From assembly GCA_964504365.1 (NCBI GenBank), contig CAZDDW010000001.1, positions 1-57,378 on the forward strand: a stretch of DNA of 57,378 nt, in the 5' to 3' direction. Position numbers and translations under genes: made by a program. The notes beneath the pieces are model-generated. The model saw nothing but the letters and a program-made list of their open reading frames with translations. It ran no database searches and was not told the origin of the DNA. Below are positions 16,560 to 27,298 of this stretch, piece by piece (within the stretch, counting starts at the first letter, position 1; each line of letters begins with the position of its first letter). The DNA is from an uncultured Gammaproteobacteria bacterium (GTDB lineage: Bacteria; Patescibacteriota; Patescibacteriia; UBA9934; CAZDDW01).

Positions 16560-16964
16560 GTGGGCGACAGATTTCAAATGATCATGGGCTATTTGTACAT
16601 CATGGAGCGTCGTGGTGGCAAGGAGCACTTCCTGCTGTACCGCAGCGGACGAGGTACCTACTTCGTGCTCGCGCGCACAGACTTGAACTCCACTCCGATC
16701 GAGACCCAGGCGGTCATGTGTGACATGACCGCCATTCGCCCTGACAGGGTTAATAGCCGTCGTTTCGCCAATGACGCGGATCTGCGTCAGGTCATGCAGA
16801 CCTGGCAGGACATCCAGACCCCGCTCGCACTCTGGGTGGCTGGTCTGGAAGAACACCCGGAGTTCGGTCGGCTTCGTCGCACCTTCGAAGAGATCAGTGC
16901 TTCTACTGGATCACCGATCCCAGCTGTTTCGGTAGACAGGGTAACTACACCCGCATCCGTCTGA
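16560..16964 (+). CDS. hypothetical protein (134 aa)
   Basis: SD GGAGGG, GTG start, own promoter. Confidence 0.65.
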   Translation: MGDRFQMIMGYLYIMERRGGKEHFLLYRSGRGTYFVLARTDLNSTPIETQAVMCDMTAIRPDRVNSRRFANDADLRQVMQTWQDIQTPLALWVAGLEEHPEFGRLRRTFEEISASTGSPIPAVSVDRVTTPASV

Positions 16965-17072
16965 TCAGCTGATCAGCAGAACGTATCTCCATCCAGGCTC
17001 GTTGACAGCCTGGTTTTTCTATTGTACAATCCTGTTCACAAACGCTCCTTACACCCGTGGAAGGGAAGAAAC

Positions 17073-17414
17073 ATGGGCACGCTTGTCTCAGTTTATCTCG
17101 GGGTCGTGGATCTGAACAAAGTCAGACACGACCCGACTCGCTCCGTGGACATCAGACCTCTCCAGGTCGGGATGCCGGTTTTAGTCGGAACTCGAACGGC
17201 TAGAATATCGGCTGCTGGAGACAAAGTCGCTTTGTATCACAGGGACACAATCGAACACTATCTGCGTGTTAGTGGTCCTGAAACAAAAACCGCCGACGAT
17301 CTGCTCGTCCGCGCGTTTGGTAGCCATGTTGAGGCCATGCTCTGGGTCAGCAGTGAGCTGATTCAACGCCGCCCAGGCAAGATCGTTCTCACCCAACTCG
17401 CTCCTGTCCACTAG
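17073..17414 (+). CDS. hypothetical protein (113 aa)
   Basis: Purine-rich leader before ATG; followed by terminator ccccagg/cctgggg-ttttt. Confidence 0.6.
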   Translation: MGTLVSVYLGVVDLNKVRHDPTRSVDIRPLQVGMPVLVGTRTARISAAGDKVALYHRDTIEHYLRVSGPETKTADDLLVRAFGSHVEAMLWVSSELIQRRPGKIVLTQLAPVH

Positions 17415-17445
17415 GATTCGTCCCCAGGAACACCCTGGGGCTTTT

Positions 17446-19356
17446 TTATTCAATAACAATTCCTTGTCCAGCAGCGTAAGTATCGTTGACCAGATTTGTG
17501 CTTAGTTCGTCCAGTGATCGAGTTAGATTATCACCAGTCACAGTGTCAGTTGCCGTGACAGAGATGCGGTTACTTAGTTTTACAAAGCTGCCCACGTCCG
17601 CTTCTTCTGGGGTAATTGAAACTTCAAAATCCGCAGTTACTGATTCAATTGAAGTTGGTAAAGAATCGATTGACCAACGGGCAACTCGGCTTTCCGGATC
17701 ATATGAAAGCTGTCCGATATCAGTAGAAGTACTTCCTGTCCAAGCCACATCTAGCGGTAAAGTAGTTGAAAGAACCACGTCTTCGAGTTCATGAATTGAA
17801 TTATCAACTGACCAAATGATTTGATAAGATGTTATTTCGTTAACTTCAGGAGGCATTGGCCCAGATCCTAAAGCTGATCCATTATCATTGTAATAGCGCG
17901 ATTCAGCAGTTGGATTGAAATCTGAATTAATCGAAATGGTAATTGGTGAACTAGACAATTCACGAGGGCTGTTTACGCCGCCAATGGTATTAAGTGAACT
18001 TTCTACGGCCACCACAATCTGGTCGGCCAGTGTTTCTGGATCAAGGTCATCTAAGATCGGTAGGCTTAGATCGATCACTCCTTCTTCACCCACTTCAAGT
18101 GTGGCCAGATCTGGTGTTGAGTTTGGTCCCCAAGTAATCTCGTTTTCAACTGGGTCAAAGTAACCACCAGAGATGTCTGCATTTTCCCATTGTATCGGCA
18201 CATCCTGACCATTTTCAGAACTAAAGGTAACACTGATTACCACCCCGCCAACAACTTCTTCTCCGGAATTTGAATAATTAATTGACATGCGTAATGTGTC
18301 ACCTGGACTTGCACTTTGGTCACTGCTTGAGCCGTTGATGATTGTTTGAACAACCAGATCACTGCCCAGAACATCGGTCTGAGCTCGGTCCGTAGTCTGT
18401 GTTAGTTGAACACCCTCAGCGTCTTCGAAATAACTTACAAACGTAACATCTTGAAGACCTTGTGCTTCCGCAGCGAAACTACCAGTCAAGGTTAGCTCAA
18501 TTGTCTCTTCTGATTCGACCTTCGAAACCAGCCAGTACAATTTTTCTTCAACCAATTCTGGAGAAGTACTTTCAATAATCCAAGAATTTGGTGCGTGAAT
18601 ACCAACAAATATATTTTCCAAAGCAGACTCGCTAGTGTTGGTTAGCTCGAGTTTGTATTCGATCACATCTCCGGGCACAGCCTTGGATGGGCTTGCCAAA
18701 GCAGTCTCGACAACTGAGTTATCAATAGTAAACTCCATTGTTTCTATGTCCTGGAAATCAGCATTAAAATTTGAAGGACGATAAGTGACAATTGCCTGGA
18801 TCGTTGAAGTTGTGTTTACACTGCCGAGGATTACACCAGTTAACTCGATCGTTCCTTTACCTCCTTTTTTCAAACTACCAACTGTCCAAGTGTCTTCATC
18901 TTTTGTTGGTGCAGGGTTGGCTTCAGATAAATAAAAAGTCTCAGGTAGATTTAACTGGATCTCAAGTGCGGCCATTGGTACCCGACCATTGTTATCGTAT
19001 TTGATCTCAAAACTGACTTCCTCGCCTGAGGTAACCTGTTCAGGTCCATCAATCAAGATTTCTAGCGATTGTCCATCAGCTCCACCAAATGGATTAAAAA
19101 ATAAAAATCCAGCCCAAGCCACAGCTGCCAGGATCAGAGCAATAACAATAAAGCGAATTAAAAATCGCGTCATGCGCGAGCTGCGGTTTTTGTCCAACTT
19201 AGTCAAATTCGGCATCTTGCCATTTTCCTTGTAAATGGCTTTTAGCTCAGTTTCAAAGCTCTTAGTCTTTTTACGAGGAGCTTTGCGTTTGCTGGTTTTT
19301 GTTGGCTTTTTAGTTTTGCTAGTTTTTTTGGCCGAAGCCTTGGGTACTCGAGGCAT
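17446..19356 (-). CDS. membrane-anchored surface protein with repeated Ig-like beta domains
   Basis: Basic N-terminus, one TM helix, repeated (P)GD.(I/L).Y/M..Y.N.(G/S) modules, acidic T/S-rich body. Confidence 0.8.
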   Translation of the reverse strand: MPRVPKASAKKTSKTKKPTKTSKRKAPRKKTKSFETELKAIYKENGKMPNLTKLDKNRSSRMTRFLIRFIVIALILAAVAWAGFLFFNPFGGADGQSLEILIDGPEQVTSGEEVSFEIKYDNNGRVPMAALEIQLNLPETFYLSEANPAPTKDEDTWTVGSLKKGGKGTIELTGVILGSVNTTSTIQAIVTYRPSNFNADFQDIETMEFTIDNSVVETALASPSKAVPGDVIEYKLELTNTSESALENIFVGIHAPNSWIIESTSPELVEEKLYWLVSKVESEETIELTLTGSFAAEAQGLQDVTFVSYFEDAEGVQLTQTTDRAQTDVLGSDLVVQTIINGSSSDQSASPGDTLRMSINYSNSGEEVVGGVVISVTFSSENGQDVPIQWENADISGGYFDPVENEITWGPNSTPDLATLEVGEEGVIDLSLPILDDLDPETLADQIVVAVESSLNTIGGVNSPRELSSSPITISINSDFNPTAESRYYNDNGSALGSGPMPPEVNEITSYQIIWSVDNSIHELEDVVLSTTLPLDVAWTGSTSTDIGQLSYDPESRVARWSIDSLPTSIESVTADFEVSITPEEADVGSFVKLSNRISVTATDTVTGDNLTRSLDELSTNLVNDTYAAGQGIVIE

Positions 19357-19359
19357 AGA

Positions 19360-21933
19360 TTAGAGATCAGTTTCAAACAGGATACCAAGAAATGCGTCAC
19401 TTGTCTCGTCAGCGCTTAAATTTATTATCTGCCCCTCCTTATTTTCACTTGAAGTCCAAACCAGGTCAAGCTTGTCTGGTAAATTGATCTGAACGTTAAT
19501 GTCGCGATCAAGCACACCAGATTGTTTTTGGATAAACAAGGTGTAGTCGTCAATTGGGTGGAAGCCAAGCAAATTTTTGATATTGGCGACTAGATCTGGT
19601 TCTTCAGAAAGTGTTTGTACTGTCCATGGTAGGCGATAAGTAAAGGTGGCGATTTCGGTTTCGCCAGGCTTGGTCTGGATCCAGTTACCAAAAACAGTTT
19701 TACCAAACTCTTCAGAGATGTCAGTGCCGCTAGCAGGATCGATATGACTGCTGGCAGAGGCGAACGAAAGATCCTCGTCCTCTTGATAATAGTCTTGTGG
19801 TCGTTCAAAAAGTTCTGGTGGCGGAATCTCAAAATTATTAGCATTGATTAGCTGGCTGCCACGCGGAACATACAGCCTGATGTAGTCCACGTTGTTCACT
19901 CCGACAAAGAGATCGTTTTTAATCCCGTGGTGAGTTCGTGTGACTGTAACAGTGTTGGTTATTTCGCCTGTTTCAGAAATTTGAACATCTAGATCAATAT
20001 CTTCGGATACGATTGCGTCAGTTTTTCCACCACCAATATTAGTTGTCACCACCATCAAATAGTCGCCTGCAATACGTTTGATTTCCCCAGCCCAGCCAAG
20101 CGAAGTGATCTGTTGTTCCAGATCGTGGTCTGTAAAGTATAGCTGTAGGTCCCGTCCAGTTAGGCCATGATCAATATGTGACAAAATGTTTAAGAAATCA
20201 TTAGCCGAAGCGTCTTTGATGCGCTCGATTAATTTTGGTGCCAGGTCACCAATAAACTGTTTTGGTGCTGATTCGTCTGCTTCCAGCTCAACAATTTTTT
20301 GAGTTTCAAAAATAAAGTTTTCACTATCAATAGTCCGTCCATATTCAGGCATGTCGATCGGTCCTAGTAGGCTGAGTAGGTCAGCCACGTAAGTGGCATT
20401 GATTGCAATGACACCATCAACTGTAGGTCCACCAGCATTTTCATAAAAATCAATTAGCTTGTTGGCTGAAGCTGGGTAATCCGGGAACCAGTTGGCGTCT
20501 TGGAACTCCCAGTGTGAATTGATTAACTGCAAAGGTTCAGGTGCAGCGATGTGTTCTCGCAGACTGCCTTGCAGATCATATGATCCACCTGCTGGAATTG
20601 TAATCTTAGTGATTTCCCCGCGATCAATATCGATTTCAGCAAAGCTGCCAATGAAACCACCGGTTGGCCGTAGCTCAGTGTTGTTTTGGAAAATAACAAG
20701 GTAACGCTTTTTCATCTCATCTCCCAGGATTGTTTTGATAAGTTCTGAGAAAGACAAAAATTCCTGGAACGAGGCGGTTAGAGCAGGGAGTTGGTCAGCG
20801 ACAGTTTTAACAGTGTCACGAGAGCTTTCTGGAATCAGATCAAGTTCAATGTTTTCAAGGTAGTGCTCAGCATCTTCAAGCATTGGTAGGGCCTTGCTCA
20901 GAGTTGTTTCTAGGATCTCAATCTTAGAGACCAGAGTTGGATTAATTTCATTTTGCATGACAGCAAAAGCATCAGAGATTCTAGTAGCTGCTCCAGCCAG
21001 AGCGTCGCCTGCTTTTAGAAGATCAACTCCGGTGTTGTAGGCTCGCCGAGTCGAAGGGAGCAAGCTAATCAAGGCACGTAATGATGCATCAAGTTCGTTC
21101 AGGGTTGATCCAGCCTTTTGGAAATCTTCATTGGCTTGAGCAAAGCTGCCAGCTGCAGACTGAAAGTCGGCTTGCATGATTGAACTGGTTGCGTTTTCCA
21201 AATTTCCTAGAGCAGCCTGACCACTATTTTCTAGATCTGTTTTTTGTGAACTAAGATTTCGATAAGTATTCATCGCATGCAGTGGCAGAACAAAAGCAAA
21301 TGAAACTAAAACAAAAGCGGCAATAGCTCGTTTCCAACCATGTTCAAGTTGCCATGACCAACGTCGGGCCGTGTCACCGATTTCTTCAACCACTTCTTCA
21401 ACCTCTTCCTCAAGCGCCTCAATAATACTTGGTTCACCTTGTTCGTTTACAGCAAAGACGTACTGTGGATCCATGGCTTCAACTGGTTCTTCTGGTGTCT
21501 CGATTTCTTCCTCAGACAAGTTGACTTCTTCAAAAATGTCTTCGGCCTCAGCTTCGCTGGCTGTTTTTACGATATTGATTTTTGGAAGTTTTGACAGTTT
21601 TAACAAGCGTTCAAGTAAAGGAGACTTTTCAATCAGATCGCTTTCTTTGAGCTGACCAAGTAGCTCGGCTTCAGAAATACTAAGATCATCTGCTGCGGTT
21701 TCTAGCAGTACTGGGTCATCAAGTAGACTAACGTAGTCAACAAAGTTGGCTGCGGTTACCTGGGTTTCATCCTCGATCATTTTTATCGGATCAGGAAGGT
21801 CGCGTGAAAGATAAACTGTATACGGTGACAACTTGGCCTTTTTGGCAACATTAACTTTGACCTTGCGCGCACGCTTGATCGGTTTCTTTATTTCCTTCTT
21901 TGTTTTTTTATTTATTTTTTTCTTTGCAGGCAT
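19360..21933 (-). CDS. DUF4012 domain-containing protein
   Basis: YLVIFQNNTELRPTGGFIGS, DANWFPDYP, TNIGGGKTD, YIRLYVPRGS. Confidence 0.85.
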   Translation of the reverse strand: MPAKKKINKKTKKEIKKPIKRARKVKVNVAKKAKLSPYTVYLSRDLPDPIKMIEDETQVTAANFVDYVSLLDDPVLLETAADDLSISEAELLGQLKESDLIEKSPLLERLLKLSKLPKINIVKTASEAEAEDIFEEVNLSEEEIETPEEPVEAMDPQYVFAVNEQGEPSIIEALEEEVEEVVEEIGDTARRWSWQLEHGWKRAIAAFVLVSFAFVLPLHAMNTYRNLSSQKTDLENSGQAALGNLENATSSIMQADFQSAAGSFAQANEDFQKAGSTLNELDASLRALISLLPSTRRAYNTGVDLLKAGDALAGAATRISDAFAVMQNEINPTLVSKIEILETTLSKALPMLEDAEHYLENIELDLIPESSRDTVKTVADQLPALTASFQEFLSFSELIKTILGDEMKKRYLVIFQNNTELRPTGGFIGSFAEIDIDRGEITKITIPAGGSYDLQGSLREHIAAPEPLQLINSHWEFQDANWFPDYPASANKLIDFYENAGGPTVDGVIAINATYVADLLSLLGPIDMPEYGRTIDSENFIFETQKIVELEADESAPKQFIGDLAPKLIERIKDASANDFLNILSHIDHGLTGRDLQLYFTDHDLEQQITSLGWAGEIKRIAGDYLMVVTTNIGGGKTDAIVSEDIDLDVQISETGEITNTVTVTRTHHGIKNDLFVGVNNVDYIRLYVPRGSQLINANNFEIPPPELFERPQDYYQEDEDLSFASASSHIDPASGTDISEEFGKTVFGNWIQTKPGETEIATFTYRLPWTVQTLSEEPDLVANIKNLLGFHPIDDYTLFIQKQSGVLDRDINVQINLPDKLDLVWTSSENKEGQIINLSADETSDAFLGILFETDL

Positions 21934-23050
21934 ACTGCTCGTAGACCTTGATTATTTCTTCGGCCATGGTTTTCCAGGAATATTTTTTTATTTGCTCATG
22001 GCCTTTATGTGTCATTTTATCTCTAAGCTCTTTATCACCAAGTGCTTTTTCCATTGATTCGACCATTGCCTCAATATCATCTGGTTCAAAGTAGAGCGCT
22101 GCGTCACCAAGGATTTCTGGGATAGCTGTGGCGCGAGAGGCTGCTACTGGAACTCCTCGAGCCATGGCTTCTAGTGGTGGTAGTCCAAAACCTTCGTGAC
22201 GTGAAGGGAAGACATATAAAGTTGCGTTCTGATATAACTGATCTAGCTCTTCTTCAGTGGCGTAGCCATGAAATATGACTGCTTTACGTGGAATCTCGAT
22301 TTCATCAAATTCTTTTTCAAGCCATTCCCAGAAAATATCTTTCTTGCCAACTAAGACCAGTTTTACTTCAGGGTGTAGTTTGTGAAAAAAGGCAAAAGCG
22401 TGAAGCAGGGCCTCGAGGTTCTTGTGCGGATAAGCATTGCCGACGTAGAGGAAGTAGGGGTCTTGAATGGTTTTCTGGTTTTCTTGTTTTCTTGTTTTCT
22501 GGTTTGTTGTTACTCCTTCGTGCACAACCGAGATTTTGTTTGGGTTGGTTGAGAAGTGTTTCAGGATCGATCCTTTGGTAAATTGCGAAACAGCAATGAT
22601 GTGTTTGCTTTTGTGAACAGCTCGGTCAACAATATATTTGTATCCCAGATATTTCAGTTTGTAACGGAAAGGGTCAAGCTGTGTTGCCTTCTTGGCAGAA
22701 GTCGGTTCTTCCAGCAGGAGCAGATCATGAATTGTTACAACGAACGGGACCTTTGCTCGCAAGGGGATATTCCAGTGCGGGTAGTGGATAAGGTCTAAGT
22801 CTTCCTGATCGATTAGTTTAGGCATTTGCATCTGTTCTTTGATTGAATACCAATGAATATCAGCCAGCCGTTTTTCAAAGTTCTTATTAGTGATCTTGCA
22901 CGCATCAAAGTTCTCTTTTTTGAGAAATAAAATATAGCGGTTCTTTTTGTCGATTTTTTGTAGCTCAGTAACAAGCTGCTCAACATATCGACCAAGACCG
23001 CCGCCCCCCACTTTTGGGCCGTAAAGGCGTGCATCAATACCTATTCTCAT
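21908..23050 (-). CDS. glycosyltransferase family 4
   Basis: MRIGIDAR, YVGNAYPHKN, FPSRHEGFGLPPLEAM. Confidence 0.93.
   Translation of the reverse strand: MRIGIDARLYGPKVGGGGLGRYVEQLVTELQKIDKKNRYILFLKKENFDACKITNKNFEKRLADIHWYSIKEQMQMPKLIDQEDLDLIHYPHWNIPLRAKVPFVVTIHDLLLLEEPTSAKKATQLDPFRYKLKYLGYKYIVDRAVHKSKHIIAVSQFTKGSILKHFSTNPNKISVVHEGVTTNQKTRKQENQKTIQDPYFLYVGNAYPHKNLEALLHAFAFFHKLHPEVKLVLVGKKDIFWEWLEKEFDEIEIPRKAVIFHGYATEEELDQLYQNATLYVFPSRHEGFGLPPLEAMARGVPVAASRATAIPEILGDAALYFEPDDIEAMVESMEKALGDKELRDKMTHKGHEQIKKYSWKTMAEEIIKVYEQYACKEKNK
22469..22504. repeat. imperfect 8-nt tandem repeat inside GT4 gene
   Basis: ggttttct ggttttct tgttttct tgttttct ggtt. Confidence 0.7.
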
Positions 23051-23110
23051 AGACCTTCTTTATTATAACAAAAAAACAGGCTTAAGTCGGCCTGCTTGTC
23101 CACACGCTGG

Positions 23111-23491
23111 TTAGCGGCGAGAGATTGAGAAGATAAGGCGGCGTAGTTGAGCGAATTCCTTGTCTGCTTCAACATGGATACCGCCGGCTATACGCTGGTA
23201 TACTTCTTGGAGTCTGCGTCCATGGATATCTTGAGCAGTGAGCAGTCCGAGCCTGAGCTTGCGTCGCTCAAGGGCAATTTCCAATGTTTGTCGAATCATG
23301 ATCACGAAGAGTAAATCATTCTCAGCTCTCAGATCTTCACGCCAGCATTCGAAAATAGTTTGATCTTTTTTGTTGTTGATCGTGACTTTCACGATTTTGT
23401 TGGTGCCCGGGTCACGATCAATGATGAAGTAGAGCTGGTTCGTTGTCGTTAAATTATGACAAAATGGTATCCAAAGGCGCTGGTTTAACAC
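23111..23491 (-). CDS. hypothetical protein (126 aa)
   Basis: ORF fills the gap between GT genes; purine-rich leader. Confidence 0.55.
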   Translation of the reverse strand: MLNQRLWIPFCHNLTTTNQLYFIIDRDPGTNKIVKVTINNKKDQTIFECWREDLRAENDLLFVIMIRQTLEIALERRKLRLGLLTAQDIHGRRLQEVYQRIAGGIHVEADKEFAQLRRLIFSISRR

Positions 23492-23527
23492 ACCCTTCTC
23501 CCTGGTTTTAAGGTCCGCTGTTCGAGT

Positions 23528-24688
23528 TTATGTTTTTTTGGCTGGGTTGTCAACAGTACAAAGTACTTCTAAAGTCTTTTGTGCTGCTTTTTGCCAATTG
23601 AATTTTTGAGCTTGTTCAAGGCCGGCTTTAACCAGGTCGGCCCGCAGGTTGTCAGATCGTGATAGTTCATTTAGTGCCGTTGCAATATCATTGCTGTTGT
23701 ATGGGTTGATTAGCAGCGCAGCATTACCAACGGTTTCTGGAAGAGAGCTGGTGTGGCTGGTGATCACTGGGGTTCCGCAGGCCATGGCTTCGAGCACGGG
23801 CAAGCCAAAGCCCTCATAAATCGATGGGAAAACAAAAGCGTGTGCGGCGCGATATAGAGCTGGTCGGTGTTCGTGTGGCACGTAGCCAAGGTAATGGACA
23901 TTGGTCATCTGCTTGAAGCGATCTAATATGTCGTCGCTGCGCCAGCCAGGTCCGCCAGCGATGACCAGGTTGTCTGGTTGTCTGGTTGTCTGGTTGTCTA
24001 GCGCATCAAGTAGTGCATGTAAATTTTTCCGGGGTTCGATTGTGCCCATGAACAGAATGTATTTTTCCGGGAGGCGATATTGTGATCGGATACCGTGATC
24101 TTGTGGCAACATTTTTGGTTGGAAGAGTTTGTGATTGATTCCATGCGGGATGACAGACATCTTCTCAGGGTCGATTCCGAACTGATCAATCGCGTCTTGT
24201 TTGGTGCTGGTCGAGGGGGTAATTATTGCCTGGGCTGTACTTAGTGTTCGTTCTGGCCGAACTGTTCTGTGCCATACCTGGCCACGGGCTTTAAAAAAGT
24301 GAGGAAAGATTTTCCAGGATAGATCATGGAGCGTGACAACACTTGGAGTTCTGCCAGTGGCTATGTAATTTAGGTTTGGAAAAAAGAAAATATCACAATC
24401 AACAAGGTCATCAAGTTTTGGACTGGTCTGAGCAACAATTCCTAGGTTAAGAATTTTGTTTGGTGTTGGAAGATGTTCGTGGCGCACGTGTGAGCGATAA
24501 CGATCTATATCAATCAGATTTAAGTTGTCCAGAACGTGGCGGCGAACAGTTTCTGTTCCGGATGAGAACAAGACAAAGTCGTGCTCTGATCCAATCTCAA
24601 AAAGTGCGCGGAGGATTTCCAAGGTGTATTCCCCCACGCCGCTTTGTTTTGGTGAGCCAAGCCCTCTGACATCAATTGCTATCCTCAT
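23528..24688 (-). CDS. glycosyltransferase family 4
   Basis: MRIAIDVR, GTIEPRKN, FPSIYEGFGLPVLEAM. Confidence 0.93.
   Translation of the reverse strand: MRIAIDVRGLGSPKQSGVGEYTLEILRALFEIGSEHDFVLFSSGTETVRRHVLDNLNLIDIDRYRSHVRHEHLPTPNKILNLGIVAQTSPKLDDLVDCDIFFFPNLNYIATGRTPSVVTLHDLSWKIFPHFFKARGQVWHRTVRPERTLSTAQAIITPSTSTKQDAIDQFGIDPEKMSVIPHGINHKLFQPKMLPQDHGIRSQYRLPEKYILFMGTIEPRKNLHALLDALDNQTTRQPDNLVIAGGPGWRSDDILDRFKQMTNVHYLGYVPHEHRPALYRAAHAFVFPSIYEGFGLPVLEAMACGTPVITSHTSSLPETVGNAALLINPYNSNDIATALNELSRSDNLRADLVKAGLEQAQKFNWQKAAQKTLEVLCTVDNPAKKT
23968..23999. repeat. perfect (ggttgtct)x4 tandem repeat inside GT4 gene
   Basis: Four exact 8-mers read directly. Confidence 0.85.
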
Positions 24689-25775
24689 GTTTCTGGTGCT
24701 TACTTTCTACAAATCGCTTCATTTTAAGCTTAAATTGTTCTGTATCGAACTGTTTGGCGTGTGTTCGGATTTTTTCTGGATCATATTTTGTTTGGTCAAA
24801 GTGGATTGCCTGATCAGCAAGTTCTTCCCAACTTTGCTCATCAATAAATTCGCCAGTAACCCCTTCCTCGACTGCTTCGATCGAGCCACCGCGGCGCAAG
24901 GCAATCACTGGTCGTCCTGAAGCCATTGCTTCAACCTGAGTAATTCCAAAGTCTTCTTCGTGTGGATGTAAGAAGGCGATGCAGTCAGCGTATAGGTCAG
25001 CTTTTTCTTGATCAGACACTCGACCTAAGAATTCAACGCTTGATCCAGCTCGTTTTCTTAGCTCTGCCTCTTCTGGTCCTGATCCAAAAACCTTTAAAGG
25101 TAACCCGGTTTTTGTAAATGCATCGATGGCAATATCATATCGCTTGTAGGCGACCAGACGTCCACCAATTAAAAAGTAGTTTTTTGGTTTGTGGCTGATT
25201 GCGAATCGTTCAGTTTCTACTGGTGGATGTATTACTTGTGAGTCACGTCCATAATACTTTTTGATCCGTCGTCGAACTGTTTCTGAATTGGCAATAAATA
25301 CATCAACCCGATCAGCTGCTTGTTTATCCCACATGCGCAAGCGCGATAACACGGCTGGCAAAATTTTCTTAACCAATCGTGGTACTTTCAGATTCTCAAC
25401 ATACTCGTGTGTGTCAGACCAAAGATATCGAGTTGGTGTATGGCAGTAGCAGATGTGCAGTGACCCAGGCTGTCCGATAATACCTTTGGAAAAAGCACTG
25501 GTGCTGGAAACGATTAGATTGTAATCAGTCAGATCATAGTGTTCCGTGGCCGCCGGCATCAGTGGTAAGTACCACTGATATTTTTTTAATGCCCAAGGCC
25601 ACTGACTCAAAAATGACGTCCGAATATCTCGGCCGCCAAACTCTTTATACATTTTATCCTTGTCGTAGAGCAGGGTGTAAGTCGGTGCTTCAGGCCACAT
25701 CTCTTGGAAGACCTGTAAAACCTTTTCTGCTCCTCCGGCTTGGATCAGGTGATCGTGAACCAGGGCAAGCTTCAT
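24672..25775 (-). CDS. glycosyltransferase family 4
   Basis: MKLALVHDHL..GGAE, CYCHTP.RYLW, EDFGIT.VEAMASG. Confidence 0.93.
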   Translation of the reverse strand: MKLALVHDHLIQAGGAEKVLQVFQEMWPEAPTYTLLYDKDKMYKEFGGRDIRTSFLSQWPWALKKYQWYLPLMPAATEHYDLTDYNLIVSSTSAFSKGIIGQPGSLHICYCHTPTRYLWSDTHEYVENLKVPRLVKKILPAVLSRLRMWDKQAADRVDVFIANSETVRRRIKKYYGRDSQVIHPPVETERFAISHKPKNYFLIGGRLVAYKRYDIAIDAFTKTGLPLKVFGSGPEEAELRKRAGSSVEFLGRVSDQEKADLYADCIAFLHPHEEDFGITQVEAMASGRPVIALRRGGSIEAVEEGVTGEFIDEQSWEELADQAIHFDQTKYDPEKIRTHAKQFDTEQFKLKMKRFVESKHQKHEDSN

Positions 25776-25776
25776 A

Positions 25777-27198
25777 CTAATAGGCGCCTTTTCTGAATAG
25801 AACTACTAATGGAGTCTTGAGCAGGATGTAAATATCTAAGAGTGGACTCCAATTCTCAATGTAGTAGACATCTAACCTGACTTCTTCCTCAAAGTCAAGG
25901 TCAGCCCGGCCACTAATTTGGGCCATGCCGGTTACTCCGGCTTTAACTGTATGAACTCGTCGGTGGTGTGGTTGGTAGGCATTTACTTCTTCTGGCAGGT
26001 GTGGGCGAGGTCCGACCAAAGACATTCGGCCGATCAGAACCAGGAAGAATTCTGGCAGTTCATCTAGTGAATACTTGCGGATGAATTTTCCAACACGAGT
26101 AACTCGTGGGTCATCTTTTAATTTGAACAACGGACCTTCTTCGCGCTCATTGCCATGCTTTTTTACAAATTCAGGGTCAAAGCGATACTTATGAGCGTCC
26201 TTAATCATTGAACGGAATTTGAAATAATGGAATGGTTTACCATCCTTTCCCACGCGCATAACTCTTTTGTTGTTTGGTAAGCGCGAGAAAAAAATGCGGC
26301 CAGGTTGTTCTATGAAAAGCGCTAGGGCAATCAGGATTTGGATTGGTAAAGTCAGGATGATCAAGATGAGTGATCCAACAATATCGAAAATACGTTTGTA
26401 CACTGCACCCCAACCTTCTAATGGTGTAGCTTTCAGTTCTATGATCGGAATACCAGCAACAGTGTGAGCCTCGAATCTGGTTGAGGCAGCAGCAAAGATG
26501 TCAGCCGTGTGTTTGAAGGTGATGTGTTCTGCGTCAGCGAAGGTCAGCAGGTCCTCGCGATCCTGACGAGTGGCTTCTGGTTTAGCAAAAATTATTTCGT
26601 CGACCTTGTGTTTGCGTCCTAGTTTTTTGATCTGTTTAGCCACCTCATCATCGAACTTATCAAACTCACCAACAACTACAAATCCCAGTCGAGGTTTCTT
26701 TAGGAATTCTTCTTTCAGTGCCTCTGATGCTCGGCCTTTTCCAATGATTACCACTCGATGTACACCAACTCCGAAACGTTTTATAGATCGTTGTAATCCA
26801 CGAATAACAATTCTTTCTGAACCAACAAAGATAGTGGCCAAAGCCCAGGCAGCGAGCATGATGTAGCGGGATTCAAACGCTTGGCGTGTAAAAAATAGGA
26901 TCGCCACAACCACAGCAACGCTGAGTGCACAGGCGATAACGACTCGTGAGAGTTCGTCAGCTAACTTTTGTCGTGTGGCTGAATACAGTCCGGTCAGTGC
27001 AAAAACAACTACCCAAACCAGAGCAATAAAAATAACAATATTTGTATATTGTTCAATGGTCAGACCAAAGGTGACCGGACGGATGTCAGTCAGCTGAGGC
27101 AGGAAACGGGAGTAGTAGGCAGCGATACCAGCCGCGACTAAAGCGATGTAATCGAGGGGTAGGCGCAGCACTGTAAAAAAAATCTCAGAACGTTTCAT
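25777..27198 (-). CDS. priming sugar transferase (WcaJ/CpsE-like, undecaprenyl-phosphate glycosylphosphotransferase)
   Basis: KRIFDIVGS, YFKFRSM, DPRVTRVGKFIRKYSLDELP, MSLVGPRP, LDVYYIENWS. Confidence 0.92.
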   Translation of the reverse strand: MKRSEIFFTVLRLPLDYIALVAAGIAAYYSRFLPQLTDIRPVTFGLTIEQYTNIVIFIALVWVVVFALTGLYSATRQKLADELSRVVIACALSVAVVVAILFFTRQAFESRYIMLAAWALATIFVGSERIVIRGLQRSIKRFGVGVHRVVIIGKGRASEALKEEFLKKPRLGFVVVGEFDKFDDEVAKQIKKLGRKHKVDEIIFAKPEATRQDREDLLTFADAEHITFKHTADIFAAASTRFEAHTVAGIPIIELKATPLEGWGAVYKRIFDIVGSLILIILTLPIQILIALALFIEQPGRIFFSRLPNNKRVMRVGKDGKPFHYFKFRSMIKDAHKYRFDPEFVKKHGNEREEGPLFKLKDDPRVTRVGKFIRKYSLDELPEFFLVLIGRMSLVGPRPHLPEEVNAYQPHHRRVHTVKAGVTGMAQISGRADLDFEEEVRLDVYYIENWSPLLDIYILLKTPLVVLFRKGAY

Positions 27199-27298
27199 AT
27201 TGACTCTATGATATCGTAAATAAGAGGGAATGACAATGTCTCGATTCGTTTCTCCCCCCTTTCCAAGGGGGGATCAAAGGGGGGTTCTGCGTGACTTG

